The notes beneath the pieces are model-generated. The model saw only the letters and a program-made list of their open reading frames with translations, was not told where the DNA came from and did no database searches. Source: the human T2T-CHM13v2.0 reference genome, Homo sapiens. Taken from it: a DNA stretch of 64,000 nucleotides. The stretch lies in NCBI RefSeq assembly GCF_009914755.1, contig NC_060928.1; one strand, given 5' to 3'. The translations under genes were made by a program, and so were the position numbers. Below are positions 59,853 to 64,000 of this stretch, piece by piece. Numbering within the stretch: position 1 is the first letter of the stretch; every line of letters begins with the position of its first letter.

Positions 59853-60197
59853 ACGCTTGTAATCCCAGCACTTTGGGAGGCTGAGGCAGGAGAATTGCTT
59901 GAGCCTAGGAGTTCAAAACTGGCCTGGGCAATATAGCGAGACCCTGTCTCTACAAAAAAATACAAAAATCAGCTGGGTATGGTATGCCAGCTAATTTTTG
60001 TATTTTTTTTTTTTTGTAGAGATGGGGTCTCGCTATATTGGGTATGGCAGTGCTAGTCTGTACTCCCAGCTACTCAGGAGGCTGAGCTGGGAGGATTGCC
60101 TGAGTCCAGGAGTTTGAGGCTGCAGTGATCTGTGGTCGTATCACTGCACTCCAGCCTGGTTGACAGAGTGAGACCCCATTTCAAAAAAATAAAAAAG
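59853..60197 (+). mobile_element. AluJ with an internal inverted duplication
   Basis: J-type arms; 59987-60040 is the reverse complement of 59929-59976. Confidence 0.88.
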
Positions 60198-60644
60198 AAG
60201 AAATTAGTTGTGCTAGTTGACAGGAAGAATTTTAAAGGATATCGTTGAATGAGTAAAGCACAATGCAGTGAAAAGTATATGCTATGGTTTTATTTTTGTA
60301 AAACAAAAGCCCCTGTGTGTGTATGTGCATGTGTATGTCTACCTACGATTATATAGCCATGAGTAAAAATAGGAAAGACACATACTAGATTATTAATATG
60401 GGCTTTCTGGGTAAGTGGGTGGGTGGAGAATTTATATGTGTGGAAGAGAAGAGGAAGCACCAAGCCAAAAAAGGAAAAGGAATAAAAAGACCCCCTACAC
60501 ATAACTGTACACATGAACATATGTTTAAATTGATCCCATGCATGCATTTATGAAAATATATGAATGTGTGTTTCCATACATGAAGAAATCACCTTGCCAG
60601 TTTGAGGGTTTCTGTTTCACAGATAACCTCCTGCTTTCCAGGAA

Positions 60645-61498
60645 TTTTTTTTTTTTAACTTTGAAGTTCAGGGGTACCTGTGCAGGATGTGCAGTTTCAT
60701 TACATAGTAAACATGTGTCATGGGGTTTAGTTGTACAGATTATTTCAACACCCAGGTATTAAGCCTAGTATCCATATTTGTTATTTTTCCTGATCCTCTC
60801 CGTCCTCCACCCCCCACCGTCCAGTAAGCCCCAGTGTGCATTGTTCCAATGCGGTATTTGGTTTTCTGTTCCTGTGTTACCTTGCTAAGGATAATGGCCT
60901 CCAGCTCCACCCATATTCCCACAAAAGACATGATCTAATTCTTTTTCATGGCTGCATAGTATTCCATGGCATATATATGCCACATTTTCTTTATCCAGTC
61001 TATGATTGATGGGTATTTAGGTTGATTCCATGTCTTTGCTATTGTGAATAGCACTGCACTGAATATATGGGTGTATGTGTCTTTATAATAGAATGATTTA
61101 TATTCCTTTGGGTATATACCCAGTAATGGGATTGCTGGGTTTAATGGTATTTCTGTCTCTAGGTCTTTGAGCAATCGCCACACTGTCTTCCACAATGGTT
61201 GAACTAATTTACATTCCCACCAATGGGGTGTAAAAGCATTCCTTTTTCTCCACAACCTCACCAGCATCTGTTATTTTTTGACGGCCCTTTTTTGATAATA
61301 GCCGTTCTGACTGGTGTGAGATGGTATCTTATTGTGGTTTTGATTTGCATTTCTCTAATGATCAGTGATGATGAGCTTCTTTTCATACGATTGTTGGCTG
61401 CATGCATGTCTTCTTTTGAGAAGTGTCTGTTCATGTCCTTTGCTCACTTTTTAATGGGGTTGTTTTATGTTTGTTGATTTAAGTCCATTGTAGATGCT
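60645..61498 (-). mobile_element. L1P 3' fragment (antisense)
   Basis: Minus-strand [43 protein letters not shown]; T tract at 60645-60656. Confidence 0.92.
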
Positions 61499-62479
61499 TT
61501 TTCAGGAAAGTTTGCTGTTCCATTTGCCACCCTGTCCCTACATATTCTCCAGGAAAGAATTACTGACTCTGGGGCTTCCAGATTTACTTCCAGAACTACT
61601 GACTCTGGGGCTTATTCTAAGACTTCCCCTCCCATGACACACCATTTCATCTCACAAACAGCACTCAGAAAGCCTCCAAGATTCTTCTGGAAATGGATAT
61701 CCCTTTGGGATCTCTACCTCTATCCCTTCTCATCCATACTTCCTTTAGTGAAGTGACCCCCACACTAACCTTTCTAGGCAAAGCAAATTGGCCTGTTAGG
61801 CAGATTTTCTAGGGGTGTCAGGTTCCTCTGCACCCACACTAGAAAAGCCAGAAGGTGAAGAGTTCCATCACAGGTACCCAGGAAAATGACCAATTGCTCT
61901 TAAGGTCATAGGTCTTAGAATTTTAGACTTGCCTAAGTTGTGAAATTCTTTAGGGTCTAATAAAAGTAATAAGCAGCCAAGAATGCTAATTTGAGATACC
62001 TTTGGTCAGCCTACGCTGTTTATGGCTCACGAGTTCATCTCCTCCTTGATGTCAACTGAATGCTTGCTAGTTTTACATTCCATGCTCACATCTGTCTGCT
62101 TCCTTCAGCCTCCTGGTGGTGGAGCAATTTCCTTCACTTCAAAGGAGGCTCCAGGTGCAGGGAGGACTCCAGAGGTGTGGCCTGACCTCAGAATCTGGCT
62201 CCCTTTTATTTTACTAAAACATGTATTCTCTTCATCTTATCCCAAGTTGACTTTTGGAGCTATTCCGAAATTTGTTCATCTGTCTTTGAACACCGAGAAT
62301 GAGAATAAAATATATTTTTCCTTTTCCTTCAAAACATTGACCCTAGTTTTGTCATGACGCTTCAAATGAATTAATTGCTGAAAGAAACAGTAGAGATAAT
62401 TACACATGCCCCACAGGAGAAAAATGCCACGATTGAAACAGTAGAAAACAGGCTGTGGGAGATTTAGTGTAATAATGGC

Positions 62480-63002
62480 CTCTGATAAATCATGGAGAAG
62501 CAAGAAGTCGTTGTTGTAAGCCATTCGCTTTTAGGGTGGTTTCTTATGCAGCAGTAGTTGGCGAATGCTGTGTGTAACTCCTTCAGCAAGGTGAGGCTGC
62601 TTCTCCCAACAGGAGGCAGGGAGTATTTCTTACTCCCGTGAATCTACCTGGGCTGGCTTTGGGGCACTGTGGGGGTTCCAGAGCCTAGGTATTCAAGAGG
62701 CTTCGCAGCTTCCACCCTTGCCCTCTTGGAAGCTTGAAACTGCCATGCTGTAGAGAAGCTTAGCCTAGCTCCCTCGTGTATGAGAGGCTTAAGGAAGAAG
62801 ACTGAGGCTCTAGCCAATCGCCAGAGCCAACTCCCAGACATGAGTGAGGCAATTCTGTACATTCTAGCTAAAGGCAGCTGAATGAAAACCCATAGAGGAA
62901 GAGCTTAGCCAACCCACAGAATTGTGAACAATAATAAAGGTTGTTGTTTTAAGGTATTGAGTTTTGAAGTGGTTGGTAATACAACCATGCCTTATTAATA
63001 CA
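62480..63002 (+). mobile_element. Old MLT1-type LTR fragments
   Basis: GCAGCTTCCACC...CCCAGACATGAGTGAGGC...CCAACCCACAGAATTGTGA...TTGTTGTTTTAAG. Confidence 0.6.
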
Positions 63003-63044
63003 GAGCCTTGGATTTTTTTTTACTACCTTAACATAAAATTATTT

Positions 63045-63470
63045 ATTCATTTATTTTTAGATTTAAAAAATTTTTAGTGGGCATATAGTAGGTGCATATA
63101 TTTATGGGGTACATGAGATGTTTTGATACAGGCATGCAATGCGTAATAATCTTATCATGGAGAATGGGGTATCCATCCCCTCAAGCATTTATCCTTTTTA
63201 TTATAAACAATCCAATCATACTATTCTAGTTATTTTAAAATGTACAATTATTATTGACTACAGTCACCCTGTTGTGCTATCAAATAGCAGGTCTTACTAA
63301 TTCTTTCTAACTATTTTTTGTATTCATTTGCCCTCCCTGCTCCTCACCACCCCCATCCTTCCAAGACTCTTGTAACCATCCTTCTGCTCTCTGTGTTCAT
63401 GAGTTCAATTGTTTTGATTTTTAGATCCCACAAATAAGTGAGAACATGTGATGTTTGCGTTTCTGTGGGC
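63045..63470 (-). mobile_element. L1MA 3' end (antisense)
   Basis: ATTTATGGGGTACATGAGATGTTTTGATACAGGCATGCAATG...CCCACAAATAAGTGAGAACATG. Confidence 0.88.
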
Positions 63471-63944
63471 TTGGATATTTTAATTCAGTATCTATCTTTT
63501 TTCTAGTTTTCTATATATATTGAGACATCTTTTTTACTTTTTTTCTTAGAAACCTAGATAGACACCTTCCCTACATAGACACAAATAACTCCTATATACC
63601 ATACACTTAAAAGCTCATAGGAGACAAAAGTGCAAAGGCAGGCACTGCATCTAATTTCTACTCTTCAGTGTCCTGCGCCTGGGTCAGCAGCACATGATTG
63701 GTGGGAAGTCAGCATATGTTGACCAGATTATCTCATGTGACACCTGCTGCTGCTTTTATCTCATTTTCTTAGTACTTGGATTTGTCACAGAATGAATGGT
63801 CTGATTCATTTGGCCTACCTGGGCAGCTTTGCTTGTGTCCCCTTGTTCTCTCACTTTTCCACGTAGATAGTTTTCAAGGGTCCCAGCCTGGAGGAAGAGA
63901 ATATCTTTCCAGTTGTTGGTGGACTGAGCTTATTGGTCAAGAGT

Positions 63945-63995
63945 GTTGTAGTTGTAGTAATAATAGTAGTAACAGCAGCAGCAGTAGCAGCAGCT
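63945..63995 (+). repeat. Degenerate trinucleotide repeat (TAG/TAA grading into CAG)
   Basis: GTTGTAGTTGTAGTAATAATAGTAGTAACAGCAGCAGCAGTAGCAGCAGC. Confidence 0.8.
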
Positions 63996-64000
63996 AATAT

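Overview
This is primate DNA, almost certainly human or great ape. It covers the 5' part of LNX1 (ligand of Numb-protein X 1, a RING/PDZ E3 ligase) on the minus strand. Three LNX1 exons are visible: a probable non-coding first exon (donor at 38679), the 466-nt RING-coding exon of the long p80 isoform (20910-21375), and the alternative first coding exon of the RING-less p70 isoform (ATG at 5252, donor at 5161). Both coding exons end in phase 2, so they can join the same downstream exon, which lies left of the window. The introns hold a full-length but disabled L1PA2/PA3-type LINE-1 (11919-~18023), a COMMD5 processed pseudogene with a long residual ORF (22894-23937), and many Alu, L1, MaLR/ERV LTR, MIR and DNA-transposon relics. 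Most short ORFs in the supplied track are repeat-derived noise. I found no evidence of a wholly new biological system. The best leads are: three retroelements inserted at one site; an L1 whose frameshift creates a TAATG stop-start junction and whose antisense promoter points into LNX1; a second splice donor and Alu geometry that could give RING-only LNX1 products; a signal-peptide-like p70 N-terminus; a DUX4-motif THE1 LTR in LNX1 sense; and rearranged Alu/L1 copies recording template-switch or repair events. Repeat subfamily names and comparisons with parent or consensus sequences come from recall, not from a search.
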